Shown one piece after another: positions 29,886-40,085 of a stretch of 64,000 nt of DNA. The position numbers were made by a program, and so were the translations under genes. This stretch comes from Candidatus Harrisonbacteria bacterium. Its GTDB lineage: Bacteria; Patescibacteriota; Minisyncoccia; UBA6257; 1-14-0-10-40-38. Below the pieces are notes generated by a model, which saw nothing but the letters and a program-made list of their open reading frames with translations, was not told the DNA's origin and ran no database searches. Within the stretch, counting starts at the first letter, position 1. Every line of letters begins with the position of its first letter. The stretch spans positions 131,517-195,516 of the forward strand of contig JAHFLD010000002.1 of the NCBI GenBank assembly GCA_023245035.1, given 5' to 3'.

Positions 29886-30275
29886 CTAATTTTTAGAAAC
29901 CGATGGCAGGGTGCAGCCGGTTTTTTCGGCCAGGCGGACCAGCGGTATCTCGCCGGTTTCACGCGAGCCGTCCTGGAACTCCCAGGTTGGATAACCGTTG
30001 ATTTTTTTGTCTTTGCAAACAGCCAACTGCTCCCGGCCATCGGGGGTGGAACATTCAACATAGGGAAGCGAGTCAGCCGCGGAACCAAAAAGCTTTTTCT
30101 GATTAGCGCAGTGCGGACACCAAAAAGCGCCATAGAAAATCGCGCCTTGGTTTTTAAGGCAGACGGCGAATTTGGCAAGTTCGGGAGAATCAGCCGATCT
30201 TTTGGCCACCATTCCCACAACAACCAGAGAGGCGATGACTAAAATAACGAGCGTCACGATGTACCGTGGTTTCAT
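29886..30275 (-). CDS. Thioredoxin-like protein
   Basis: FYGAFWCPHC..QK..FG, GYPTW. Confidence 0.88.
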   Translation of the reverse strand: MKPRYIVTLVILVIASLVVVGMVAKRSADSPELAKFAVCLKNQGAIFYGAFWCPHCANQKKLFGSAADSLPYVECSTPDGREQLAVCKDKKINGYPTWEFQDGSRETGEIPLVRLAEKTGCTLPSVSKN

Positions 30276-30401
30276 GACCAGCATTCTAGCCTATATATTT
30301 TTAAATGACTACTATGTTAGCAACATTGGTGTCTCGCGCTTTAAATTGATTGACTACTTTTCTTATTTTGACAGAGATAATGCTGTTGTGTTATGCTGTG
30401 A

Positions 30402-31190
30402 TTGTTCTTTGAAAGCAACGATTTCGCAGTTTTGACCCAAAGGAGGCTAAACTTGAAAGAAGAAGCTAGCTCGACGAACAGCGGATTAGGAGATGCCTAT
30501 CCGCCGGAATATTGCGGTTTGAAGCCGATAGAAGAGCAAGTGCGAAGACTGACCGAGATTTTTGGTTTGAACTCTCTGTGGCATGTGCCGGTTCTTGAGG
30601 CCATGTTAGCGAATGCCGCCCGGCATGGTCTCCCCGCCGGAGCCGAGGGTTGGGGCGTTATTCCATCGGTTGACGCGCTCATGGAGAAGTTCATTCCCAA
30701 TATTCGGGGTGCCGAGGTGCGATATTGCCACGCGACGAACTTGGTTCTGGAGATGCTTGACGAAGAGTTCTCCCTCAACAACTACTTCGCCGGTCGATTG
30801 ATTGCCGAGAATCTTCGACGAAATGACATTCGCAAGTTTTCACCCGATCAGGCGGGATGTATCTGGCTGGCTTTTCCAATGCAGTTTGGCGCCTTGCGAC
30901 AAGGGTCGTCGGTTCGAGAGGTTAGAAGCGCTCTTGGCCAGAAGGAGTTCGGTTTGGGCGTTTTTGAGACGGCCTGCCTTCTGCTGACTCATCCGGAGAG
31001 ACTGTTGGGTGGCCCGTTCGTCGTTGATTGCGTTGGCGACGAGTTTTCAACGACGCAGAATGCCGAACCTGATTTTGACAGCGCCTTGTCGTTTGGCTTT
31101 AGTGTTGGCGGTAGGCGATTTGAACTTTTCGCCAACACCGACTCAACGCGCCATCCGGCCTACAGCGCGCCGACAGGTTTTGTGGTTTAG
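30402..31190 (+). CDS. CPR-type hypothetical protein; start uncertain
   Basis: QFG...G.SVR...EFGLG...LLTHPERL...PTGF. Confidence 0.7.
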   Translation: MFFESNDFAVLTQRRLNLKEEASSTNSGLGDAYPPEYCGLKPIEEQVRRLTEIFGLNSLWHVPVLEAMLANAARHGLPAGAEGWGVIPSVDALMEKFIPNIRGAEVRYCHATNLVLEMLDEEFSLNNYFAGRLIAENLRRNDIRKFSPDQAGCIWLAFPMQFGALRQGSSVREVRSALGQKEFGLGVFETACLLLTHPERLLGGPFVVDCVGDEFSTTQNAEPDFDSALSFGFSVGGRRFELFANTDSTRHPAYSAPTGFVV

Positions 31191-31245
31191 CATGGTTCCA
31201 GCGGTTCGCTCACGCGAGCCGCTTTTTTTATGATATATTTCTTCG

Positions 31246-31620
31246 GTGGAGAAAAAATCCAGTTTAAATAATAAGTTATCAAAATTTCTGGAGTACGTTT
31301 TGGGCGATGTCTTGGCGGAAGTCTCCGGCATTCGTTCGCGGGCGATGTTTGGCGGTTATGGCCTATATCGGAACGGCGTTATTTTTGGAATTATTGCCGA
31401 GAGCCGGCTTTATTTCAAAGTTGGAGAAACAAACCAAGCTGACTATGAAGCTCGGGGGATGGGGCCGTTTACCTACGCAACGCCCAAGGGCAAAAAATAT
31501 GCCATGTCATATTTCCAAGTTCCCGAAGAAGTTATGGAGGATCGAGAAGAAATTGAGCGTTGGGTGGTCAAGGCGGTCGGCGCTTCTTTGGAAGCTAAGG
31601 GTAAAAAGTCAAAAAAATAA
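31246..31620 (+). CDS. TfoX N-terminal domain protein
   Basis: RAMFGGYGLY, LYFKV, PF.Y, MSYF.VP. Confidence 0.9.
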   Translation: MEKKSSLNNKLSKFLEYVLGDVLAEVSGIRSRAMFGGYGLYRNGVIFGIIAESRLYFKVGETNQADYEARGMGPFTYATPKGKKYAMSYFQVPEEVMEDREEIERWVVKAVGASLEAKGKKSKK

Positions 31621-31747
31621 CTTAATTTCGGTTGCTTTCTAATCGTTGAAAGCGCGCGGTTTTTTGACTTTATGATTAAAGTGCTGTATCATCAGGCGAC
31701 TTAAGTCTTGCCACCAAAAACTACTTTGGCGGCAAGCTTAGCAAACT

Positions 31748-33076
31748 ATGGAATCACCCAGCAATAAACCCAATGGGGAGCGCGTCATCGGACACAATGG
31801 CAAGGCACGCCACTCCTGGTTTGATGAGTTTAAGACTTCGTTGCGAGTCGGATTTTTTTTGACTCTGCGGGATTTACGGCGCGCCAATATCTGGACGACT
31901 ATCCTGATTATTTTCGTGATGTTCATCACCTTTTTGAATCTGGTCGTCATCGGCGGCATCTTGGTTGGTTTAATAGAGGGATCGGTCGTGGCCATCAACA
32001 CTCGCTATAGCGGCGACTTAATTGTTTCCCCGCTCAGAAGCAAGACTTACATTGAAAACAGCCAGGACTTGGTGAAGTTCGCGCGCGGGATGCCGTGGGT
32101 TTCGGATCTCACCACGCGCTACATTCAGGGCGCTAAAATTGAGGCAAATTACAAAGACAAGCTCCGCGAGACCGATATTACCGACAGCGCCGGATCGTTG
32201 GTGGCTGGAATTGATCCGGTCGCCGAAGATCGGGTTACGGGTATTAGTAAAAAATTAATCGAAGGGGAGTATTTGAACGTCGACGATTTTGACAAGATCT
32301 TAATCGGAGCCGATTTACTTTTTAAATATACGCCGATTGACACGCCGAGTTTTCGGACGCTGGAGCGGGTCGGCGCCGGAACCAAGGTGCGTTTGATTGT
32401 GAACGGCACCACGCGCGAGGTAATAATTAAAGGAGTTTTAAAGAGCAAGGTTGGCGAGGTGGATCAACGGATATTTATGGTAGATACGCAGTTGCGCCAA
32501 CTAATCGGACGCAGTGACTACAACGTGGACGAGATTGCGATGCGACTTAAACCCGGCACCGATCCGCTCTTTGTCAAAAAAATCCTGACCGAGGCCGGTT
32601 TCGCGAAGGTGGCCAAGTTGCAGACTTCCGAAGAGGCCCAGCCAAAATTTTTGAACGACATTAAACTGACTTTCGCGCTTTTGGGCAACGTTATCGGAAC
32701 CATCGGACTCGCGGTGGCGTCAATCACGATTTTTATCGTTATTTTTGTAAACGCGATTACCCGGCGGAAGTTTATTGGCATCATGAAGGGGATTGGTATC
32801 ACCGCCACGGCGATTCAGTTTTCTTATATTTTGCAGGCGATGTTTTACGGAATACTTGGCATCGGACTGGGATCGGCGTTTGTCTTTGGCTTTCTTCAGC
32901 CGTTTATAGCCGCTCATCCGATTAATTTTCCATTTAGTGACGGCATACTCGTAGCCACGTTAGGCGGGACCTTGTGGCGAGTCGGTTTGTTGCTTGGCGC
33001 TACTATTATTGCCGGTTATATTCCGGCGCGAATAGTTGTTCGCCAGAACACTTTGGATGCTATTTTGGGAAGATAA
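31748..33076 (+). CDS. ABC transporter permease (MacB/LolE-like)
   Basis: TM pattern, IGIMKGIG, YIPAR. Confidence 0.85.
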   Translation: MESPSNKPNGERVIGHNGKARHSWFDEFKTSLRVGFFLTLRDLRRANIWTTILIIFVMFITFLNLVVIGGILVGLIEGSVVAINTRYSGDLIVSPLRSKTYIENSQDLVKFARGMPWVSDLTTRYIQGAKIEANYKDKLRETDITDSAGSLVAGIDPVAEDRVTGISKKLIEGEYLNVDDFDKILIGADLLFKYTPIDTPSFRTLERVGAGTKVRLIVNGTTREVIIKGVLKSKVGEVDQRIFMVDTQLRQLIGRSDYNVDEIAMRLKPGTDPLFVKKILTEAGFAKVAKLQTSEEAQPKFLNDIKLTFALLGNVIGTIGLAVASITIFIVIFVNAITRRKFIGIMKGIGITATAIQFSYILQAMFYGILGIGLGSAFVFGFLQPFIAAHPINFPFSDGILVATLGGTLWRVGLLLGATIIAGYIPARIVVRQNTLDAILGR

Positions 33077-33085
33077 AATACAATC

Positions 33086-33769
33086 ATGATTACCGTTCAG
33101 AATTTAATTAAATCTTATCAGAGTGGCGCCGGCGAGCTGGTGGTTCTAAAAAATATCGGCTTCAACGTGCGCCGCGGGGAATTTTTGGCGATTACCGGAC
33201 GTTCGGGCTCGGGCAAGAGTACCTTGCTTTATCAGTTGGGACTTTTGGATTATCCAAATTCCGGCAAGATTATCATTGACGGCTTGGAGACGAGCGCGCT
33301 AAGCGCGCAGGAGCGTACGGCGATGCGCCTTTTGGAGCTTGGTTATATTTTTCAGGACTACGCGCTTTTGCCCTCGCTTTCGGCCCTGGAGAATGTGATG
33401 ATTCCGCTTTTGATGCAGGGCATGAGTCCCAAGGATGCCAAAATTAAAGCCGTGCGAGCCCTGGAGCGAGTCGGACTCGGAGATAAGTTAGTTAATCTGC
33501 CAAGCCAACTTTCGGGCGGGCAACAACAGCGAGTTTCCATCGCGCGCGCAATCGGACATGATCCAAAAATCATATTTGCCGATGAGCCGACGGCGAATTT
33601 GGACAGTGAAACGTCTAAAGTCGTTTTGGACGCTTTTTTAGATTTGCATCGACAGGGACAAACGATTGTGATGGTAACGCATGAGCCGGAATATGCCGCG
33701 GTTGCCGATCGGGTCATCACTCTTTCGGATGGCGTTATTCACACGGTAGAGGAGAGGAGAGCGAATTAA
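33086..33769 (+). CDS. ABC transporter ATP-binding protein (LolD-like)
   Basis: GRSGSGKST, LSGGQQQR, DEPTANLD. Confidence 0.92.
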   Translation: MITVQNLIKSYQSGAGELVVLKNIGFNVRRGEFLAITGRSGSGKSTLLYQLGLLDYPNSGKIIIDGLETSALSAQERTAMRLLELGYIFQDYALLPSLSALENVMIPLLMQGMSPKDAKIKAVRALERVGLGDKLVNLPSQLSGGQQQRVSIARAIGHDPKIIFADEPTANLDSETSKVVLDAFLDLHRQGQTIVMVTHEPEYAAVADRVITLSDGVIHTVEERRAN

Positions 33770-33836
33770 GAAGCGAGGGCGCGGATGTGACCGCGGGACT
33801 TGCTTAAATTATCACGCCGTTGCTAAACTTGTTGCA

Positions 33837-34838
33837 ATGAACTTTCGCCGTTGGCCTGGGATTTTATCGCGCCGCACGACCGGCTATTTCTTGATAGCCG
33901 TTTTGACCGGAGTATTAGGTTTTGTTTGGGGCGAGATGGAGCAAACTCCTCGCGGTATCGCCAGTCCGCTTTGCGCGGAGCGTTATGAATTGCTAAATCC
34001 CAGCGTTATTTGCAACTTAACCGATGAGGGTATTGACCGAGTTCATGACGCCGAGGACAAGACAAAACTACTCATTCAAAAATCAATCGCTAGCGGGCGA
34101 ATAAGCAAGGGATCGGTTTTTTACCGCAACCTGGAGACTAAATCTTGGTTCGCCATCAAGGATACCGAGAACTTTTGGCCGGGCAGTCTGCTTAAGGTTC
34201 CGCTCGCGGTGGCGTATTTTAAACTTTCGGAGGTGGATCCAAATGTTTTTACCCAAACTTTTGAATACAAGGGCGGGCTGGCGGCTAACAGCCGGGAATA
34301 TTACCAGCCGAAAGAATCAATCAAGGCGGGAGAGCGATATTCCATTGAGGAATTAATTTCGCGAATGATAATTGACTCGGATAACGAGGCGGCGAATTTT
34401 TTGGCTAAATTTATAAATAAGGATTTTTTGGACAAGGTTTTTTTGGATTTGGGAATATATTTTCCGACCTCTGATAGAATTGAGGAGAAATTCGTTTCGG
34501 TGCGGAATTATTCCAATATGTTGCGAACGATTTTCAACGCTTCGTATCTTAACGCGGATAATTCGGAGAAGCTTTTGGAGATTATGACAAAATCACGTTT
34601 TGCCGACGGCTTGCGCGCCGGAGTTCCCGATGAAGCCAAGGTGGCGCACAAGTTCGGTGAACGAACAATCGCCAAGGATCCGGATATTATAATCGGCCGA
34701 GGGCTAAACGATTGCGGAGTTGTTTATAAAAAAGGCGGGGCTTATAGCTTGTGCGTAATGGTGGAAGGCGAGGATTTTGAAAAACTCGCGGGTGTGATTA
34801 AAGATGTTTCTCGTTTGGTTTACGAGGTTAGTTCTTGA
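33837..34838 (+). CDS. Class A beta-lactamase-like serine hydrolase
   Basis: SLLK, SDN, HKFG motifs. Confidence 0.85.
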   Translation: MNFRRWPGILSRRTTGYFLIAVLTGVLGFVWGEMEQTPRGIASPLCAERYELLNPSVICNLTDEGIDRVHDAEDKTKLLIQKSIASGRISKGSVFYRNLETKSWFAIKDTENFWPGSLLKVPLAVAYFKLSEVDPNVFTQTFEYKGGLAANSREYYQPKESIKAGERYSIEELISRMIIDSDNEAANFLAKFINKDFLDKVFLDLGIYFPTSDRIEEKFVSVRNYSNMLRTIFNASYLNADNSEKLLEIMTKSRFADGLRAGVPDEAKVAHKFGERTIAKDPDIIIGRGLNDCGVVYKKGGAYSLCVMVEGEDFEKLAGVIKDVSRLVYEVSS

Positions 34839-34852
34839 ATTTGGAGTTTTTG

Positions 34853-35110
34853 CTAAATTTTGGCCAGGGCGATTTTTTGAACTCGACGCATTTTTTTGAT
34901 TTTCGCCTCGCGCTTTAAGGCCTGACTTTGGCTAAGGTGGACTTCGCTGTAAATAATTTTTAACGCCCCATGAGCGCGGGTATAGCGAGCGCCTTTTTTG
35001 CCTTGGTGCTCTTTGAGACGACGATCAAGATTGGTGGTAATGCCGGTGTAGAGGGTGGTATCGGCACACTCGAGAATATAGACAAAGTAGGACCCACGAA
35101 TTTGGCGCAT
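34853..35110 (-). CDS. GIY-YIG nuclease family protein; start codon lies inside a repeat element
   Basis: YFVYILEC.D..LYTG.T..L.RR..EH...GARYT, A.KRE..IK. Confidence 0.88.
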   Translation of the reverse strand: MRQIRGSYFVYILECADTTLYTGITTNLDRRLKEHQGKKGARYTRAHGALKIIYSEVHLSQSQALKREAKIKKMRRVQKIALAKI

Positions 35111-35211
35111 TTTTTTGTTGCGGGCTGCGGTGCCGGGCGCAGTACTTGAATAAGTACAGCTTATTCCTCTCCTCGCCCGCGCCGCAAACCGCATCCAAAT
35201 GCGCGGGTCCT
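35089..35211. repeat. Family A element copy 3
   Basis: AGGAC...GTCCT termini, shared core. Confidence 0.85.
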
Positions 35212-35228
35212 GTAAAATAGATAAAAAA

Positions 35229-36491
35229 TTACGAATTATAGCTTCGGCGGCGATGACGCGGAGCGGCTTGAGTGCTTGGGCGGCGGCTTACACCGCGAGT
35301 GTTGCGGAAAAATCGCGGACGTTGTTCCGGCTGAACAATGTGGTGCGACGCGCGAGCGGGCGGTAATTCGGGAAGTGGCGAAATCGGCAAAGTTTTTTTG
35401 ACCAGGCGCTCAATGTCGCGCAGATCTTTTCTTTGATCCGGCATGGCGAAAGAAATGGCATGGCCGCCGGCACCGGCGCGAGCGGTGCGTCCGATGCGAT
35501 GAACATAGTCTTCGGTGTTGGTCGGCAGGTCAAAATTGAGCACCAATTCAATGCCGGTAACGTCAATGCCGCGCGAGGCGATGTCGGTCGCGATTAGCAC
35601 CCGATACTTGCCGGATTTGAATCCGTCCAAAGCCTCACGGCGTTGGCTAAGCGAGCGATTGGAGTGAATTTCCGCGGCAGTATGCCCCATGTCTTGAATG
35701 GCATCGGTCAGACGCTTGGCGCCATGTTTGGTGCGGGTAAAAATCAAAGTCGTGCCGTTGTATTCTTGAAGTAATTTTTCCACCAGGCGAACTTTGGCTT
35801 CTTTTTGAACCACAAAAATTTCTTGCGTTACCTTGTCCGCGGTCGTTCCCTGGGGCGCGACTTCAATTCGCACCGGCAGTTGCATGTGATGCGCCGCCAT
35901 CTTCATGATTTCCGCGGGCATGGTGGCGGAAAAAAGCATGGTCTGGCGCTCTTTGGGCAGGAGGTGAAAAATCCTTTGAATCTGCGGAGCAAAGCCCATA
36001 TCCAACATCCGGTCGGCTTCGTCTAAAACTACGATTTGAATTTTTGAAAGTGAAACGTTTCTTTGTTCCAGGTGGTCGTTCAACCTTCCGGGAGTGGCGA
36101 TGATAATGTGTGGATCGCGGGAGAGGGCGATAATTTGAGTGCGCATGGAGGCGCCGCCGATTACAACCGCGGTTCGCAAGTTGAGCGCCGCTCCGATTTT
36201 GCGCAAAGCTTCTTCTACTTGCAGAGCCAGTTCGCGCGTGGGAAGAATCACTAATCCGCGTCCTTTCATTTCGTAAAGACGCTGGATCATAGGGATACCA
36301 AAGGCGAGAGTTTTGCCGGTACCGGTTTGAGCGATACCAACAACGTCCTTGCCGGTAATGGCCACGGGAATAGCCTGCGACTGAATCGGGGTCGGGGTGG
36401 TGTATTTATATTTGGTTAGAGTCTCCAAAAGGTGCGGGGCGATTCCCAAAGAGGAAAATGCCGAAATTTCGGATTGGTTAATGGTCTCCAT
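35229..36491 (-). CDS. DEAD-box RNA helicase
   Basis: AQTGTGKT, PTRELA, DEAD, SAT, HRIGRT. Confidence 0.96.
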   Translation of the reverse strand: METINQSEISAFSSLGIAPHLLETLTKYKYTTPTPIQSQAIPVAITGKDVVGIAQTGTGKTLAFGIPMIQRLYEMKGRGLVILPTRELALQVEEALRKIGAALNLRTAVVIGGASMRTQIIALSRDPHIIIATPGRLNDHLEQRNVSLSKIQIVVLDEADRMLDMGFAPQIQRIFHLLPKERQTMLFSATMPAEIMKMAAHHMQLPVRIEVAPQGTTADKVTQEIFVVQKEAKVRLVEKLLQEYNGTTLIFTRTKHGAKRLTDAIQDMGHTAAEIHSNRSLSQRREALDGFKSGKYRVLIATDIASRGIDVTGIELVLNFDLPTNTEDYVHRIGRTARAGAGGHAISFAMPDQRKDLRDIERLVKKTLPISPLPELPPARASHHIVQPEQRPRFFRNTRGVSRRPSTQAAPRHRRRSYNS

Positions 36492-36679
36492 AGTTTATGT
36501 CTGTCGTTTATTTGCCTTAAGGTTATAAAGTCCGGGACGGGCGCATTCGCGAGCTGTATTCAAGGGCGCGAGTCCTAAAATCAAGAGAAAAGAGGCGGTT
36601 TTCAATTAATACGCCCATTCTACATTATTTTAGTGAATTATGCAAGTCGGTTGGGCAGAGTGCCAAATTCTAAACCAAA

Positions 36680-37327
36680 TCAATCAGATTTCTTTGAAGT
36701 CAGCATTGATTTCAAAAATTGTTTAATCGCCGGAGATTTTTTGGCGAGAATCCAAATAATGACGGGTAGAAGCGCGAGAGAGAAGAGAAGAATACCGATT
36801 CGAGAGTGCCAGATTTCCACGTTTTTAATGGTTCCACCAAAAAAGTAGCCGAAAGACAAATTGGCTGCCGCCCACAGAAAAGCGCTGGTTATATTCCAAA
36901 ATAAAAATGACCAGCGGTTCATCTGGGACAAGCCGGCCACGAAGGGAATGATAGAGCGAATGGGGCCGATGAACCGTCCCAGGAAAATGCTTTTGTTGCC
37001 ATGCTTTTTAAAAAATTGCTCGCCTTTTTCCAAATGACTAAGTTTTAACAATTTATTTTCCACGCGAAAGAATCTTTTACCCTTGGTGCCGAGATAATAG
37101 CTTAAGCCGTCACCGAGGATCGCGCCGATAGCTGCAAACCAAATCAGATCGCCAAGATCCAGATACCCTTGGGCGGATAAAAAACCCGCCAGAATGATGG
37201 CGATCGCGCCCGGTATAATGGCGCCGACAAAGGCTAGGGATTCAAGTAAGGCGATTAGCAGGATAACCCAGTAGCCGAAGAGGCCGAGGTCTTGAAATTT
37301 TGGCAGAAGGAAATTGAGCAACTCCAT
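36680..37327 (-). CDS. DedA family membrane protein
   Basis: IPG, GD..SY..G, GRFIGPIR. Confidence 0.92.
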   Translation of the reverse strand: MELLNFLLPKFQDLGLFGYWVILLIALLESLAFVGAIIPGAIAIILAGFLSAQGYLDLGDLIWFAAIGAILGDGLSYYLGTKGKRFFRVENKLLKLSHLEKGEQFFKKHGNKSIFLGRFIGPIRSIIPFVAGLSQMNRWSFLFWNITSAFLWAAANLSFGYFFGGTIKNVEIWHSRIGILLFSLALLPVIIWILAKKSPAIKQFLKSMLTSKKSD

Positions 37328-37611
37328 GGGCGTTGATTAATCATAGCATTGAGCGGGATGAAATATTGACTGATGTTGCTTCTGCTTCGGATTTCTATAT
37401 TACAAGATTAAGGCGACGCCTATCCTTTGGTCATGGGCGCTCATACCTGAAATGCCCTAGGATTAAATGCAAATGCGCTTGCTTGCCCATTCGTAGCACT
37501 GCCTGCTGGCAGACAGGTTTAGCGAAGTCGGGACCCACCCTCCCGTTCGCGTGCAAGCCCGCTCGTAGAAGCCCGCAACGGCTCAAATACACCAAATGAG
37601 GCGTTGAGTTC

Positions 37612-39174
37612 CTATAATTTAGATGTGAATGAGGCAAGAATCTCTTTCGTGTGTATTTCCATGTCTTGAAAGTTATCTTTTTTAAGAGTTGTCTCCATAA
37701 AGTTTTTGAGAGAATATGCTTTTATATACACCTTTCCTCCTTCACGTTGGTGTTTAACAAGTGAGTATTCAAAAAACTCTCGGGTATCTTGGTGTATTAC
37801 AGGGGCTACAAGAGATAAATACTTTTTGGGACGGCTCTTGAACTCCTCGCCGGAGTTTAGATGCCGAATAACCGATGTAGTTTCGCTATTTAACATCTGA
37901 TCGCGGTTACGAATTAGAGTAACCTCAATTAACCAGTATATATGGGCCGAATATACATCAATATCGCCTCTGCCTCCGGGGGCGTGAGCATACGGCTTGC
38001 CAATGTGATCGGCCTTATAGTTAGGTCGAATATAAAAGTGAGCTCCATATTTTATTGCTATCAAAATACTAATGTAAAACTCGAGTTTAAGTGGATCCGG
38101 AATCTCGTCAAACTCCGCAATTGGTCCTTTGCCGCTTTTAAGAGAATCAAGACTCTGACAAATTATCTGTTCGGTTATGCCGTAGGAACTAATGATTTTA
38201 GAAATCTTGTTGGTATATTCCGCTCCGTCAATTTTGTCTGACTTCCGATATTTCTCAACGATACCCAAAAACAATACATCCCCGTTGTCCAACTTTTCAA
38301 AATATTTTTTCGGTTCGGCTTTTTCCTCGTCCGTCAAATTAAAATCAACACATAGTAGTTCCTTGATATAGTCTAATTTGCTTTCGTTTATTTGAATCAA
38401 CTTTCTTCCCGCATATCGTATGCTGATAAAACCCGAGATGAGCATGAGTCGGCGGACTACATCGGGGTAGTCGTCTGTAACTGTGCTAATTTTATTTGTC
38501 ACACCATACCACTTCTCAGCAAAAAGGTACGACTGAAGAGGGGTATTAAATTTATTCTTTGAAAGCAATGCAAGAAACTCGGCAACGTCGCCGTTTTTAC
38601 TAAACATAAGGGGTACAAATTGCTCATAGCTCAAAGATCTACCATCCTCTCGTAAAGAGAGTAACACTTGCAGAGCGAAACGAAAGAAATTGAAATCGTT
38701 ACTCACGTTCCGATAAGGGGATCTTCGGTTATATTTCATTGCTTGTACAGAAAATGCTTCCTGTTCATCAACATCTCCTTTTACCAATTTCTTTGCCATT
38801 TGTGAGAGCTTGAAGGGCTTCTTGTATTGAGCGTACACAAATCCAAGTTCCGACAAAGTTCGCATATATGTCCAAAACCGAGAAGCATACCCCTTAGGAA
38901 AACCACCGTCAGCATTGCGAGTGGAGTTCACCTCAATTACATCAGCTTTTATCTGTTCAGCTGTCGTGGTATTAATAACGCGAATTCTCTCACTAGAAAC
39001 CTCACCAACCAAATATAAGTGCGAGACAATTTCTAGCAGATTCACGTCATTCAATGCGATTCCTTCAAACTCCGCCAAACGCAGAAGAATCCCCCGATAT
39101 CGCTCTGGGTTTCTTACGGCGGTTTCAAAAGCCATCTGTTTGTATTCTGCCTCTCTTCTTTGGCGCTTTATCAT
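37612..39174 (-). CDS. Type II restriction endonuclease, AlwI-like family
   Basis: FETAVRNPERY N-terminus, PGG.GDI...LIEVTL catalytic-like motif; operon with two adenine methyltransferases. Confidence 0.75.
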   Translation of the reverse strand: MIKRQRREAEYKQMAFETAVRNPERYRGILLRLAEFEGIALNDVNLLEIVSHLYLVGEVSSERIRVINTTTAEQIKADVIEVNSTRNADGGFPKGYASRFWTYMRTLSELGFVYAQYKKPFKLSQMAKKLVKGDVDEQEAFSVQAMKYNRRSPYRNVSNDFNFFRFALQVLLSLREDGRSLSYEQFVPLMFSKNGDVAEFLALLSKNKFNTPLQSYLFAEKWYGVTNKISTVTDDYPDVVRRLMLISGFISIRYAGRKLIQINESKLDYIKELLCVDFNLTDEEKAEPKKYFEKLDNGDVLFLGIVEKYRKSDKIDGAEYTNKISKIISSYGITEQIICQSLDSLKSGKGPIAEFDEIPDPLKLEFYISILIAIKYGAHFYIRPNYKADHIGKPYAHAPGGRGDIDVYSAHIYWLIEVTLIRNRDQMLNSETTSVIRHLNSGEEFKSRPKKYLSLVAPVIHQDTREFFEYSLVKHQREGGKVYIKAYSLKNFMETTLKKDNFQDMEIHTKEILASFTSKL

Positions 39175-39179
39175 TGACT

Positions 39180-40085
39180 TTAATAGTTAGTGACAAGAAC
39201 TTCTCTTATTGTTTTCTTGCCATTGTCGTGATAGTTGATGTAATTGCTTTTTATGTTGTATACCTTGTATTTTCCCATCCAGTCTAACAGTAAATCGTTT
39301 TTACTGCCGTTATAGTGAGTTACATTTGACAAGGCGAATCTAACACCCTGTAGGCTAAGTTTGTCAATCATCTTGAGTAAATCGGATTCGGTAGTTCTAT
39401 CCCAAATTTTATTATATTCACTTGCGGCTATTAGATAGGGTGGGTCGAGATAAATAAAGTCGTTCGGTGAGAATTTCTTACTGGAGAAAAATGATCGAAA
39501 ATCCTTCGCAGTCACTTCGATGCGTTTATCCTTCACAAACTCGAAATAAGTATCTAGTGCCGAAAGAACATTTTTGTTGAAATCCACATTGCCCACGGGC
39601 AAGTTAAACTTGCCACCACCATTAAAACGGAGCATTCGGTTAAATCCATAAATAAGCAAGACATACAAAATTAAAGGGTCATTCACCTTTTTGTTGTTGA
39701 CACACTCACGCAGTTTCTCGTAACCCTCTTTATTAAATCTTGCAAAATATGTTTTCTTCCACTTTTTCTTCAAAGAGTCTGGGATTACATCCTCCTTGTA
39801 AGATCTAGAGAGGTTATATTTTCGTGTGGTCTTCTCAATGGCTCCAAAAAACACACTTGGGTTTCGTGAGTTTTTGATTAGTAGGTTGTGTATGGAGATA
39901 AGATGCCTGTTGATATCATTTAAAAAATATTTTTTTGCATTGATATTCAAAAAGACCGTTCCGCCCCCAACAAACGGTTCAAAGAAAGTATTAACTTCTT
40001 TAGGAAAGAAGTTAACTAATTGGCTCATCAACTTGTATTTATCTCCAACATAGAATAGCGGAGACCTTCGTATACTTTTCGTCAT
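39180..40085 (-). CDS. N6-adenine DNA methyltransferase (Dam/D12 class)
   Basis: SPLFYVGDKYKL, EPFVGGG, DPPY. Confidence 0.92.
   Translation of the reverse strand: MTKSIRRSPLFYVGDKYKLMSQLVNFFPKEVNTFFEPFVGGGTVFLNINAKKYFLNDINRHLISIHNLLIKNSRNPSVFFGAIEKTTRKYNLSRSYKEDVIPDSLKKKWKKTYFARFNKEGYEKLRECVNNKKVNDPLILYVLLIYGFNRMLRFNGGGKFNLPVGNVDFNKNVLSALDTYFEFVKDKRIEVTAKDFRSFFSSKKFSPNDFIYLDPPYLIAASEYNKIWDRTTESDLLKMIDKLSLQGVRFALSNVTHYNGSKNDLLLDWMGKYKVYNIKSNYINYHDNGKKTIREVLVTNY

Noticed and set aside
35914-35923. Array 2 spacer gcgggcatgg matches within the DEAD-box helicase gene
   Set aside because: Single 10-nt matches are expected by chance in 64 kb with 26 spacers, and the partner spacer has no adjacent match
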